Of a stretch of 64,000 bases of DNA, positions 12,810-29,893 are shown one piece after another. The notes below the pieces were generated by a model, which was not told the DNA's origin, did not search any database, and was given only the letters and a program-made list of their open reading frames with translations. Position numbers and translations under genes: made by a program. Numbering within the stretch: position 1 is the stretch's first letter; every line of letters begins with the position of its first letter. Source of the stretch: Chlorokybus atmophyticus (lineage: Eukaryota > Plantae > Mesostigma and Chlorokybus algae); the NCBI GenBank assembly GCA_009103225.1, contig RHPI01003156.1:37342-101341 (forward strand), read 5' to 3'.

Positions 12810-15800
12810 ATGAAGCTTACAATTGAAGTGGAGTTGGCTGCGGACGAGTTGCCAGCCGCGACTGAGCTCATAACACAGTTGAGGTAAGGCTGTACAAGTC
12901 GGCTTGGTCTGACCTCAGTTATTATGTCATATATTTCGTCACTTGTGTGTTTTGCAATGGCAAAGCAACAATCACAAAACCTCAACCAGGTACCTAACGG
13001 AGCGCATGCGAATACGCAACCGCGAGGCGCTCTTCCTCTCGCTGGTGAAGCGCCTCGAGGACGCGCGCCAGCTCAACGCCATCGTAGAGAGCATAAGCAC
13101 CCTCACCGCCGATGACATCGAAGGGGTATGCATGACAATGATGACAATGGCTGAGTTGCCCAAAGTCGAGTTACCAATCTTTGTTGATGTTTGCAGACTT
13201 TGGGTTGCTATTCTCTAACACGTGTGTACATGTGCACTGCCTCCATTGCGTTCAAATAACATGCAAAGCATCTATCCACACGCATGCACGTAAATCTGCA
13301 ATTGCGAGCACACACATATGCGCACGGGCACGGGCACGGGCACGGGCACGCATGCACGCACAGACATCATGAACACATACTCACGCACACACTTGCGCAT
13401 GCACTTATGGATGTAGCTGTTTGTTTATATCATCAGATGAGCCTGATGGTATGCGCACATCGGTTGCACTCACAACTTTACGCTTTATCAAACAGACGTG
13501 TACAATGCCACACTTGCAGGGGGCAAAGGAGTTGGCAGATGCGTTGGCACTTGTGGCGTTCGACGCTGAGCTCATTGCCAGGGGAGGCTCGACTGTGCCT
13601 TACATGAACCTCCTCCCGCGGTAACTGTTGCATTGTTGCATAGCACAAGTACTGATACAATGCCACAACATCTCTGTAACATTGCGTGCATGTGTGCAGG
13701 CTGCCGGAGTTGCTAAGGAACAGAGTGAGGGACATGTTGATCCCAAAGGTGACACACACGCACGCACGCACGCACGCACGCTGTGTGACCATTCAGTATC
13801 ATACACACAGTCGCAAACATTATATCCGCCATTGTGTTGGCAACGCCGGTGATAACCTTCCTGACCATCAAGCGGAGTAAAGATGCCAATAGGGCAGAGT
13901 TTTACGCGCAGGCAGAGGCATTCGCCGCACTCGTGAGCCTTGACGTGGTGCCAATATCTGGTGGGGGTGTTTGTTGTTGTTGTTGTTGATGAATGCACAA
14001 ATATGTACAATGCCTGATGAATGCAACATACTGCTCTCAGGTGCGGTCAGCACGCTCACGGTTCTGTTAAAAAAGCCCGAGACCCAATGCGCGGCGGTCA
14101 CGATGCTGGGGAAAACCATCGAGATGTGCTTCCCGCTGCTTGAACAGTGCGATGAACAGGTGAGTGTGTCTCAGTATGCCTATTTGATGATAGCATGTGC
14201 AGTGTTGTAGATGACAATGTGTGGATACAGGAACAATAGTCAGAATAAGTTGGTCCTTTCATAGCAATGCTTGCGCGCTCGCCCGCGTGTGCATTTGGGT
14301 GAGCGCGTGCTTTGCTTGTGCATATGTCACTGTGTCTGTGGCGTGGATACCACCAGACAGTTGTTGCTTGCGTGCAAATGTTGCTTGACAGTCGCTCATC
14401 AGCCTGTATGTTGGGTTGCCGTGCGCACATGCAGGGGTTGGCTGGGCTGCGCGCAGCATTGCGTGCGCTCGACAATGACGTGTTCAAGTATGACATTGAC
14501 TACATCGAGGACAATATGGGCTGGCGTGCGCCGTCCCAACCGCTGCCAACACCCTCATCAAGCTCATTAACCACATCACCACCGCAAACAGCAGCCACCA
14601 GTTCTGCGACCCAACATGGCCCCTTCACCCTGCAACACGCGGCCTCGTACTCGGGCCACATCGACACGATCTTTACGCTTGCTTGGGACGAAGCACGCGG
14701 TCAGGTGCACACAATACCAATGTTCCTTTGCTGCATCGCATCATACACCTATGTTACTACGGAGTGGATAGATGTCTTTAAGCTGCAACTTGTGTGTGTG
14801 CAACGTGATCCGTATGTACATTTGTGTAGCTTTACTTGAATACTCAGTCTGCGCCAACCGTGCTTGTGTATGGCAACCTGCATGACGCATATCAGTGTCA
14901 TTTCATTGTCAAGCGCGTAGCCTGTATTCATGACATGAAGAACTTGCCTCCTTGCAGGTAATAAGTGGGTCGCGTGATGGCACGCTCACAACCTGGTCAC
15001 CCGATGGCACCGCATTGGAGGTGACAGAGCTGCCTTCCAATCAGTACGCCTGCGCCATGGACATCGCGCCCATGCACGACTCTCTCCTCGTCTGCGCCGT
15101 GCGCAAGGTGTGTTGTTGTGTTGTGGCTGACAGATAGTGTGTTGGTGGCGTTGTTAAGCACACAGTGTTATTGTACAGGATGATCCGTTAGCGATGCCTC
15201 CGTCCATATTGAGGTACGTTGCCGTTGGGAGAGGCTCATTCGCCGAGGCGGGAGCTATGCTGTGCGACAACGTGCGCCTCATTCCGTGCATCAAGGTGGG
15301 TGCGTGTGTGTTAGAATGTGGCAAGATTGACTGTTGTGCGTGTGCGTGTCCCTTGTATGCACAGTATGTATGCTCACACACGATTAGGTCTTGGGTGATG
15401 GAGCAGAGCACTTGTTCGTGACGGGCGAAGTAGTAGCCACTGCTTCTTCAGATTCATCAACCAAATCGACAGAAGACCGTCTTTGCATGTATGACATCGG
15501 CCACGGGATGCCCTTCAGCACGCTCACGCCCTTACGCACATACACCGAACACAAGGTGAGCGGGCACGTACACCAACTACATCTACTGAAATATTACTGT
15601 GACCTGTCATACATACCAACAGGGATTGATCATGTGCGTGGCTGCCAACCCCGCCAATCCCAACATGTTCCTGTCTGGCTCACGTGACTGCACCGTGCGC
15701 GTGTGGGACAAGCGAGTGGAGCACTGTGTTGGTGAGGAGTGTTGCATTTGTGACATTCTTGTGTGTTTTTCAGAAATTCCTTGCTGAGTGTTTGGCGCAT

Positions 15801-16686
15801 GGCAGGCGTGTTGGGCAAATGTGGGGGCACGGTCACAAGCATTGACGCGTCATTGGCTGCACGCGAGCTTACGGTCCTCACCACCGCGTTGGATAAGAAG
15901 GTGGCACGCTGGGACCTTCGCGCCCTAGCCTCTAAGGTGACGTTACAACTTCAGTGTTTTACCAACCACATACACACGTATACACCCATGCACGCATGCA
16001 CGCACACATACACACCATTGCGCGCAAACATCCACCCACCCTACTTCACCCCTCCGCGCACCACATACACTATACTTGCATGTAAGGGTGCATGTTCAAC
16101 ATGTAAGCATTCTATCCTTCTGCGAGAGTTGCACAGCATGGGTTTCAACATTCTCTGGTCTATTTCCTGTGTCACAACAGAGTGGGTCTGTGCCCATTGC
16201 GAGCGTGGCGTGCGACGACACGCCTGCACTGAGAGTGGCCGCGCTGGCGGGCGCATGCGACACCGCAGCTGTTGTCAGCACACTCAAGGGCCTACACCTG
16301 GTAGACTTCAGGTACGTTGTTGTCGTTGTGGTTGTTGCTGTTGTGATGAGCAGGGTTGTTGTTGTTACCATTGATGGTAACGATGGTGATGATGATGATG
16401 ATGTTGATGATAATGATCATCATGTTGGTTATCATGTGATTTTGCCCGCTGGCTGCTGTTGTGGTTGTCGATGTCGTTGTGGTTGCCAACAGCTATTGAC
16501 ACATATGTTCACTTACTCCTATGTGTGTGCCTCAGCAGCGGATCCTCTCACCCTACGTGTCACACGCTGTCAGACCGGGACAGCAAGCGCGTGCACGACG
16601 TCAAGTGGGCTTCCTCACGCGGGTGCCTATATGCCGCGGGGGAGGACAAGCGCGTGGACGTTTACGCTATGGCCTCCTTGTCATGA
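12810..16686 (+). CDS. Spliced gene: WD40-repeat protein with an unassigned helical N-terminal half
   Basis: WD repeats GHIDTIFTLAWD, VISGSRDGTLTTW, FLSGSRDCTVRVWD, LDKKVARWD and VHDVKW...GEDKRVDVY. Upstream in-frame exons MKLTIEVELAADEL..., RYLTERMRIRNRE... and AAVTMLGKTIEMC carry canonical splice sites. Confidence 0.8.
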
Positions 16687-18231
16687 TTGGTGTGACTATG
16701 TTGGTATACTAATAAGCACCAGCATGACGTAATGTATCGGCGCACACGATGGTTGAGACGAGAGGAACGTGTCCGGTGCAATGCAACATGGACAGCAGCC
16801 ACCCGTACGATATACGCTAGCTGATGTGTGGGATTGCGCGACCCAGTGTGATCCATATTGTGCATTAGCAATAATTTGCGTACTACTGTGCAATGTCACG
16901 AGAGAGTTTGATGAAGAGAACTACACGGCAATGGTGCAATCTGCTCTGCAACAATGTCAAGCAATACAGAACTGATGGAAGAACAAAGCCGCTGCATGCC
17001 TTGGCATGTGCACTTGTCATGGTTGTTCCACTGTGATGTGTTGCGTGGTCAGTGCTGTTGAAGTTGCTCATTATATGATCCCACCCAACAGAGCGGAAAC
17101 AATGCCCTTACTACTCCTGTGTTGCTAACCACATCTAATCAAGTGCTACTCGGCGGTTGCATTGGATTACCAGACGACCGCAACAAAAGGGTAGAATAAC
17201 ACACAACGACTAATACATTATCAATCCCAATCTGCAACTCATACCACTAGTAGCAATCACAAGAACTGTCGTAGCTACAAAGCAACATGCGAGTACACAC
17301 ACACACACACACACTCACACACACACACACACGATGATACCGCATCATTCCAATATCAAGCTTGTATACACTACAATTGTTGTGTACATCAGTATTGATT
17401 GAACGTACTGAGCTTATCCTTCGAGTGTACATCGTCACTTACTGACTTGCGCTGCCGATTGCAATGCGCTAGTACCATATAACATTTAGAAACGTGACAT
17501 ATGCTACATGTAAGCAGTAAAGGGGCGGCGGCTGATTGCTACAACAAAGGCGGCGCATTTGATGTGGGGATGATTGCTTGTGGTGGGAATGCATGTAACA
17601 ACACACATGTACAAACTTAGGCGCGAAGAAGGTATTGATGGGGGCGCATATCTAACTGGCGAAACAGCCTGTCTGGGTAAGTGTAAGCACGTGAATGCCT
17701 TGAGAGTGTTGTTCAATCAACTTCTTGTGCAGAATACGGCACATATGTCTTTGTGCTTGTTGAGCAAATGATATGAAAGTGATATCTTTCTCTTCCTCAG
17801 AAGCAGCCATGCTTTGTTGAAGTTCAGTGAAACAGGTTTATCTATTGGGAACCACATGACGTGCATTTTGTTGTAGTCGTCTGACAATGCCTCAACACTC
17901 TGTGCAATGCATTGCAGGCGCAATGCAACATCTGGACAATATGTTTACATGATACAGTATCAACGTTATGTATCAGCTGCGCTTCTCGTATGTGTGATGG
18001 CACATGTGCATATGCGCATGTCCATGCATCTGCAGCAACACAGCTGGGTTGTTTACATGCCTCGTATTGCGCCCAAACCCCAACTCACACACCTCCTCTA
18101 CAACAGTGGTGATACTATTTAAATTGATACTCAGTACTGATGACTCTTACACGTCTCACCTAATTGCTGATTGCTGTTTGTTGTTTCATGCAGATAGAGT
18201 GGATTTATTATAATACTCTGTTGCATGGAGG

Positions 18232-21804
<3,573 letters not shown>

Positions 21805-22204
21805 ACTTGGACATCTATCTAAGCCCAGTTTGCAACGGCAGCTGTTGGACATAGATATCATTACACATGAACATTTTTAGACAATGAGGAGTGCGTTGTA
21901 CATAGTCAGCTGAACAAGTTGCCACAACTGAGCCAGATGTTGCTTGCAACCACAAGCCAAGTGTAAGCTCTCCACTCCATGCAGCATCGCTCGCGTTTCA
22001 TTCAAAGTCCCTGGACTGTTTATATCAAACCATGTTCAATCAAGTACAGCGTATCTCACTTCAACACTTATGTAGCCTGTACATACACACCTTATCATCC
22101 CCAACACACAACTCGCAAACCCAACACGCTCCACCTACTCACTGTAACTGCTTCAACTATACTTTCGATCAACACTAAATTCTGAATGGATACGCCATAC
22201 AATG

Positions 22205-23794
22205 TCATCTCATGGCGGGTGGTTGAAGCCCAGAGTGCATCATCTGGACCTGCGGAGCTGCAATGGGATTGAAGTTGTTACTGTTGTGTTGTTGTTGTTG
22301 TTGTTGTTGTTGTGTCGTCATCATGGACATCATCCCCGTGGTGGGTTGCAGCGGGTGCTGCAGGCGTATCATCAGCTCGCGGTTCTCTTGAGCCAACGCG
22401 CAGCAGTTGCAGAAGAACGACACGAGGCAGTCGTGGCAAGGCGTCGCCTGCGTGAGGGGGGGAGTGTGACAATGTGGGCACGAGGACGGGGTGTGTATAC
22501 GTGTGCGCGTGGCATGTGCACTGTATCTGCTGTCTGCTTTGCACACGAGTCCGGAAGTGCACAGCCATCACCGCACCGTGTGGGTGCAAAGTGTGTGTGT
22601 GCGTGTGACAGCTTGCCTTGAAACACATACACGCACACTCGCGCACACGTCCACGCAAGACCACCAAACAGCATTCTCTCTCACCGGCAGTTTGTACTTG
22701 TCCCTCAGCTGTCTCCTCGACACCCACTGCGTTATCCACGCCAGCGGCGGGCAGAGCGGCAGTCCGAATACGGCGGCGACGGCCGTCAGTAGTCCACCCA
22801 AAGCGAAGTGGAGGGCGCAGGCGCCGACGCAGCTGCCGTGACAGACGCCGCTGGGACCCTGCATCTGGACGTTGAGGCCGTACTGGCAGGAGGGGCAGCA
22901 GCAGGCGAAAACGCCTGCGGGAGGGAGGGGGAGGCGTGTGCGGTGTGCACTTAGGTGTACATGTGGCAAGCGTGCACGCACGTGCCTGTCTGCATCTGCT
23001 GATGTGTGCGTGCGCACGTAGACAGCTGTCTGCCGGCATGCTTGCTGAGGCATAGCTGGGTGTGCATGTGCATGTCTGCTTGTGCATGCACGCAGGCATG
23101 TGTCTTCTCGTGAGTGCACACGTGCGCATTTGGATGTGCGAATGCGTGCATGCGTACGTGCATCCACGCCTGTAACCACACACACGCACACGTTCACCAA
23201 ACTGCTCTGATCTTGCTTACACAGCCCACATCCCCCCGGTTCGGCGCAGCAGTCGTACAAGTCGCGTTGCCAGTCCCCCTCATTGACCGGGCCGAACGGC
23301 AGGACGATGGAGGCGACGCCGGGAGGCAGTTGCTGCTGCTGTAGCTGTTGTTGGTGTTGTTGGTTGAAACTGGAGGAGGGCTGCGGAGGAGGGGGGAAGT
23401 AGGAGGAAGAGAGGGGAGGGGAGTAGGAGCTGGCTACCTGTGTGGCGAGGTGTGTGTTGTGATGTGTGTTTATGTGCGTATGAGGGTGTGAGTGTGTGCA
23501 TGCGCGTGCGCGTGTGAATATGTGAATATGGGTGTATAGTGTTGCGTATGCATATCTAATTGCCTACCTGTGGGTACGGTTTTAGGTACGGGTCCTGAGG
23601 TTGTTGCGGAGGGTATATCGCGTACGGTGCATGATTTGGATGTTGGTCTTGGTGTTGCTGATGCGGGTAGTGTGCTGCTTGAGGCTGCTCCTGTTGGGCA
23701 TAAGGAGCCTGCGCCCGTGTGTGTCATGAGTACTCACACCCAAGTATTCACACACCAACTCACTAACTCGCACGCTTGTAAAGACAGCAGCCAT
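22205..23794 (-). CDS. Spliced gene: PLAC8-family Cys-rich protein (PCR/CNR-like) with Pro/Gln-rich N-terminus
   Basis: WQRDLYDCC, ACCCPSCQYG, RRQLRDKYKLP and CHDCLVSFFCNCCALAQENREL. The start codon (MAAVFTS, 23794) is tentative. Confidence 0.85.
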
Positions 23795-24984
23795 GCGCAG
23801 CACCAACTTCACCAAACCAAACACAGCCTCAAACGCTTTGGAACAAGATGGTAAACTCAAGCTAACTCCTTGAAACAAACACAACGTTGGCGTTGTAATT
23901 CAGGATTCCAGGCAATATCACACGAGCATTCAATGTGACTAGCGGAGATACATGAACAGCAACAACACACGCAGAACGCATTGGATTGCAACAAACAGCT
24001 TACGCGTACACATGCACAGCCACACACATTGACAAGCAACATCTGTGGAACACAGCATAGGCACGTGTCCTAATTACACTACGTACTGTACCCATGCGTG
24101 CGGCGGTCCCGCTTCAGCCTGGAAGTGGCCGCCGTGCTGGTACTGGTAGCCGTCACCGTCGGGCGGCGGCGGCTGCGCCATTGCCCTCCCCTTCCTCCTC
24201 CTCCTCCTCCGCCGCCGCCTGCTTGTGCTCCTCGCTACCGTCACACATTGCCACGTGTCGAGGCCGCGCGTCGCTTAACGACGAACCGGCAATGTACCGT
24301 ACCGTGGAGCCACGGTACACCTTTGACCTGTCGCGTCTGCTGTGTCGCTTCTCTCGTCACGCTGATTGCGAGTGCCGTAACGACCGTGACGTAAAGCATG
24401 CCGCGTGATTATCATTCTGAGGAAGGAAGGAAGGAAAGTCGTATGCACCCGTTGGCAACGGTCGGATTCGTGCGGGAGGCATAACTTCCGCTATGCACAG
24501 CCGATCCTTCCTTGTGTGGCGGAAGCTTGTTGCCGCTGGTACCTCACAAGGCGCAAGAGGCTTACGTTGGCAAGGCCGCCGCCGCCGCCGCCGCCGCCGC
24601 CGCCTCAGCAGCAGCAGCAGCAGCAGGAGGACCCTATTCCCCTTATCGTTGCTGGTTTGTGCTTGCTGCTTGCTGAGTGTTCTCTTGCCATTTGCCAGCC
24701 AGTCGTGCTGCACTGATACGCACTAAGCCCACGCATCAGGCATATGCATGCTGGCACTGCTCCCAGAGTGACATGACCGTGACACTCGCACTTTTTTCTT
24801 CTGCTTGTCGATCAACCACACGCTTTGCAGCACGTCACACACAACAGCGTTGTCATCAAATACAACTATACACTACTGCAGGAGGTACTAGACCTAAACT
24901 GCACGCTGCATCTGTTCCAAAATCTCCCATTGCTGCATTGCAGAGCGAAAGACAGAGACAACACATTGTCAAATAACCAATCCG

Positions 24985-25858
24985 ATGCCAGCGATGGACA
25001 CGCTTACGGGAGTGTATCCCCAGCGGAAGAGCAGGCCAGGAAGGGACGACGACAGGAGTAGTAATAACTATGATAAGAAGGGCGGGAGCCTTAGGAAAGG
25101 AGGAGATGACAACCAAAAGGAGGAGACAACAAGGCCAGAGCGCTCCTCTGGTGAGTGCAAATAGCTCTTGCACGGGCATCAGTGTTAAATACCAGTGTGT
25201 TCGGTTTGTCACCCTACTGATGCAGACAGCTTGCATGGTTGCATAATCAAACACTCGCATGCAATGGTATTTTCTATCCTTTGATGACAAAGCATATTCT
25301 TGAATGCATGTATCAGCACTGATCCGTTCAATCTGGTTCAAGTGACAACTGCTTTACGTACCTCACGTAATCTGTGACAGAGTGTATCAATACGTCACTG
25401 GCAAGACTGGCTGCAGGCAATTCAGAGAGAGCCACAAACAAATGAGATTGAGAATTGATAAAACTTGGCATTGTGGCAGGATCGGTTGATGCGTTGGCGG
25501 CAGAGGAGACACTCCGTCAGTTTGATATGGCGGGACGGTTCGGCCCGTGCGTGGGCATCACACGGCTTGAACGCTTTGAGCGTGCACACAAGCTGGGCCT
25601 TGATCCCCCTCAGGTTTAATTACGTGGTTGTTGTTGTCTTGGTTGTTGATATGTGCATGTGCACAGTGTCCACGGGTGCATGCATGCGCATATGTGTGCA
25701 CGTGTGTGTGCATTTGTGTATGTGTGCCACCGGCAGCAAAGACTGCCAGCGCATGATGTGTCACATCCTTCATAGTATTATGTGTTTTGCAGGAGGTGTT
25801 TGACTTGCTCATGACCGGGGCAGTCTCGCACAATTGCTTGTGGGAGGAGCGCGTGTGA
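24985..25858 (+). CDS. POLD4: Spliced gene: DNA polymerase delta subunit 4 (p12)
   Basis: Three in-phase exons give MPAMDTLTGVYPQRK...|...LRQFDMAGRFGPCVGITRLERFERAHKLGLDPPQ|EVFDLL...CLWEERV*, the p12 signature. Confidence 0.9.
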
Positions 25859-27242
25859 CTGCGGTCGGCTCCCTCTGGCAGCTTCATACCTTCATAAATA
25901 GGCGTTGGGACAACCTTGTACAATGGATGAGAAGTCAGTACGCACAGTTGTTTTGTGCACGCAGCTCAGCATATCGAAGGTGAGTGTGTTGTGTTTTTCC
26001 TCGCGATGTAGGTCGTGCTTTATTCAGGCACTGTACTTTGGCAAGAGCAGAACAGAAAAAAAAAACATTTGATTTAAGACACTTGACAAGGGTATGCCAC
26101 TAGTACATGCCAATGTGGTGTGCTGGGGGTGATGAACTCGGTTGTACAAAGTTGCAAGTGGTGAAGTGCAAATGCATTTTGTCTACAACACATCACACTC
26201 ACCTCTACACCACATACACGACCACCGGGCTAAGCTAAGCACGCGCTTGCATGCTACTTCTTTACTACTCTGACCCCTATCGCCCCCCTGTCAGTCATGC
26301 ATTGATTCATATTGTATGCATGCATGCACTCAAAGTCTAAATATCTGCGAAATGTGTCGCTGTGCGCATACTCATCAAAGGTAAAGATCAGATGAAACAC
26401 ATGGTGAATGTTGGCATGTGCATTGTGTTTGCATGTGAGCTGTGGATTATATCAGCACGGTCATATGCACCATATTGCATATCTTAGCGAACATAAGAGT
26501 TGCAAGTAGCAACTCAAGCATAAAGGAGCCCAATGCAAAGTAAGCAATGACACACGCACAATCTTCTGCACCTATGCTTTGCAAGTGGGTACCTACTCAC
26601 ATTCACTGCTTAAGACCATTCATGTTCTTATGCAGCAGAAGCTTCTGCTGCCATGTTGACCGAGCAATTACAAACATTGCGTTATTATTCTCAATGTTGT
26701 AATGCAGTGCTGCATTACGATTGCAGTGGACTACACTTCGCCCTTCACATCTTGACTTGTGTTATTGAAAAAATAAATGCGTTGAGTGTTCATCAATTAC
26801 TGTGAAACGCAAATGATTGGATTTATTCTACCATTGTTGGTGTGCTGAGGTTGTCTTCTTCTAAGGGTGCAAGCCAAAGGAGAACAAGAAAAATTGTTCA
26901 CGTTAGCATCGATAAAAAGCAAACCTTGCAAGTAAACGCAGACCATGTCATTTGATTATGTATATTGTGCCATGAATTCATTTGTGAATTTGCAATGTTG
27001 GAGAGTTGCTTGCGAGGTGATATGTTGAAACACTTACATACTCTATATTATAGCTCAACTCAACGTAGTGTGAAAGCCGCTCAGGGTCGTTTGATACTTG
27101 ATTGCATGCATTATGTGAGCAATTAAGCAGTCAACGGTCTTTAACAACATCCAATGCGTCTGACATCTTGCGTTGTAACATGGATTTTACTATCAACACT
27201 ATACCATGCGCGCTATTCGTGTATCGTATGATAAATATAAAT

Positions 27243-27456
27243 TATATATATAGAGAGAGAGAAAGTCAGATATACATGTATATATATACATATATAGAGA
27301 TAGAATTAGATATATATGTATATACATATACATATACATATATATGTATATATTCAGATATAGATATACATGTATGTAGATATAAATACACATGTATATA
27401 TATATATATAGATACACATGTATATATATATATTTTTGTATTTATATATTTTTATA
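27243..27456. repeat. Compound (AT)n/(AG)n microsatellite
   Basis: Interrupted TATA/ACAT/AGAT runs in AT-rich intergenic DNA. Confidence 0.85.
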
Positions 27457-29893
27457 TAACGAACACTGCTGAATGTGAGGTTTACTAATACCAATTGCAG
27501 CCGCATGTGTCTATAAACCGCCCGTTTACGAAATGCAGGCGGTGAAAAGGTCCTTCTCATAATATGCTTGCGAGTGGTTATCGGCATTGTTACTAACTGT
27601 TGCAACAAACACACAATTTGTCAACTTTCGTGTTCAATTGCTAAAAAATTGTACATGCGTTTTACAATGCAAAAATACATAAATGGATATGTATCGTTGA
27701 ATAAAAACTTGCTATCTTATTGTTACAAACACACGTGTCCATGAACTTTACAATATTGCTATAAGGTTGCACAACTTTTTTATTGCTTATTTTCATTGTC
27801 AAAGGGATTATAGTTATTGAAGTGAAAAACACACATACACAACTTAAATTTAGAGTCTTTCACTTGCGGCTTAAATGAACCGCTTGATCAATCAAGTAAA
27901 AGTTGACTGTTGATGAAATAAACAATTTTAATTTTTGAAATAATTGCGTGCTTAACGTGTTTGCTATGAAACAATAGCTGCATTGTGAATTACATTGTTG
28001 TGTGTATCGGTTGTTGACAGAGTTGCAACAGCGAAGGATTGCAATTATTCATACGACGGGGCAAAGTGAACCCTTGATTACACAAATCCGCAAAATGTTG
28101 TGTAGTGATATATGTAATAATACATTAAGTAACTTTATACTCTGTAACCATAACCAAGATTACTTTTTTACAATTCATTAAATGCTGATGTCTGGCACTA
28201 TGCGAGTTATGTACGAACGCAAATGCTTCAACGCATACTCTACAGCCACGAACTATTCAAGCTACAGTGTAATTGTTAAGATAATGGGTGCAGACGAAGA
28301 TTATTATCAACTTGCGTGCCAACTGTGGTGTACTCAATGCAACAGCATTGACTCATGACTGCGGCGGAAACTAAACGCCCCCAACTGGACCGTCGCACGA
28401 ACAGTTCGTGGCTGTACGGTAGTGCTGTTATCATGAGGTACGCAATACTACTGGTACAACTGCCCGCAAGATATTACACTGTACCACTCAAGTACGTGCA
28501 AGCGACTTGACGTTTAGTAGGTTTGTCCCTAACAGCTGCTAGGGCCTTAATAACTACGCGACACACCTCGTCCCCGACAAGGCTTGTCGTCAGCAGCGCA
28601 ACATCTTGCGCAACTGCAGCGAAGGGTCAGGCAAATCTCTGTCACAAAGGAATATGCTCTGTTATGCGGGGGGGCGCCGCCAGCAATCAGTGCAGATCGC
28701 AATCTCTGCACCCCGCGTCCCAGACGCGCCGCAGCCCACCCTGTCTGCGCTGCCACGTAGCCCTGGGACTGCGATCTTTCGTCTACCAAGCATTGCATGC
28801 TCGATCAGCATCCAGGACTTCCCGGATTTCATGATTACCAGGTTTTTCTGCCTGGGTTAAACCACTTGATTGCCATGCTGGAACACTTTGGCATTTGGCC
28901 CTGGTGACTTGCTATTGGCAACCCGCTTGAATAAACGTCTACTAAGCGGCTCGACAGACAGCGTCCTCTTCCGTCCCGTTCATCAGTGTTCCTGCACAAG
29001 ATCTTCTAGCCTAGAACTGGTCAAGAAGTTCTTCCTTCCTGACCGAGAACTTGTTTGCTGATCTATGTACTGCTACCCATTGAATGAACACAAACCTAAT
29101 GGGAGGTTGTACACGATATGGAGTTGTCCTCAGGCCTGTCATCATTTTGTGACCGATGCGAGCCGCCGTTTCGCGGCAGGATTGGTTGAGGCTTGCCTGC
29201 TCGCAATGGTGGAAAGCCGACCTCAACCGGAACTGCATCCGTGCGCCAGCGTGGCGAGCAGCACCGACCTGGCACCGTACCCGTACTGCACGCTGTACTA
29301 GGCTGGTACCGCTCATGTACTAACGCTAAACGAGTGTACTGGAAGCACGCGCTCGGCGCATTTCACTTATGGCGGCAGTCGGGGCAAACCAACGCCAATG
29401 GTTACCGCCGTTACGCCATGATGCGGGTGAGAATTGCGGGCGGCATCACTCCACGCCAGACGATGCCACATTCATTCACTTGCCCCTTGGAACTTGGAAG
29501 TTTGTGACAGCCGATGAAGCTTCAGTGAGGGAGAGAGGCCGCCAGAAAGGGTCCAACAGGTTCCGAGATTAAACGTTGGGGCAGCGTAAGCAGCCTGCTA
29601 AGTCCAGCGGCCTGGACACGACAGGTTGGCTGTGCTAGCATAGAGGCGGGGGCGGCAACGGCAGTGGCGTTGAGGATTTTGTTGTTGTCGTCGTGGTAAT
29701 CAGAGTCGGCGTGAATGCAGCGCTACGCAGCGGGCTCCGCCTTGACACCGCTGTCGGGCATCCAACCTTCCTCCAGACAAGGCTAGTGTGTACTGCACTC
29801 CAGGCTGCCTAGCAGCGGCGGCGGTGTTGTGGAGCTTGTGTGGTCATCGGGCGTTGAAGTAGGGAGGTGTCGTACACTTTCGCCTGGTTCAAC

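Noticed and set aside
24357-24359. Selenocysteine readthrough joining two minus-strand ORFs
   Set aside because: No redox motif around the TGA, no SECIS recognised, and GC-rich DNA readily gives open frames.
29011-29120. ADF-H/coactosin-like peptide RFVFIQWV...KEELLDQF
   Set aside because: Very short resemblance, flanked by stops, with no supporting exons.
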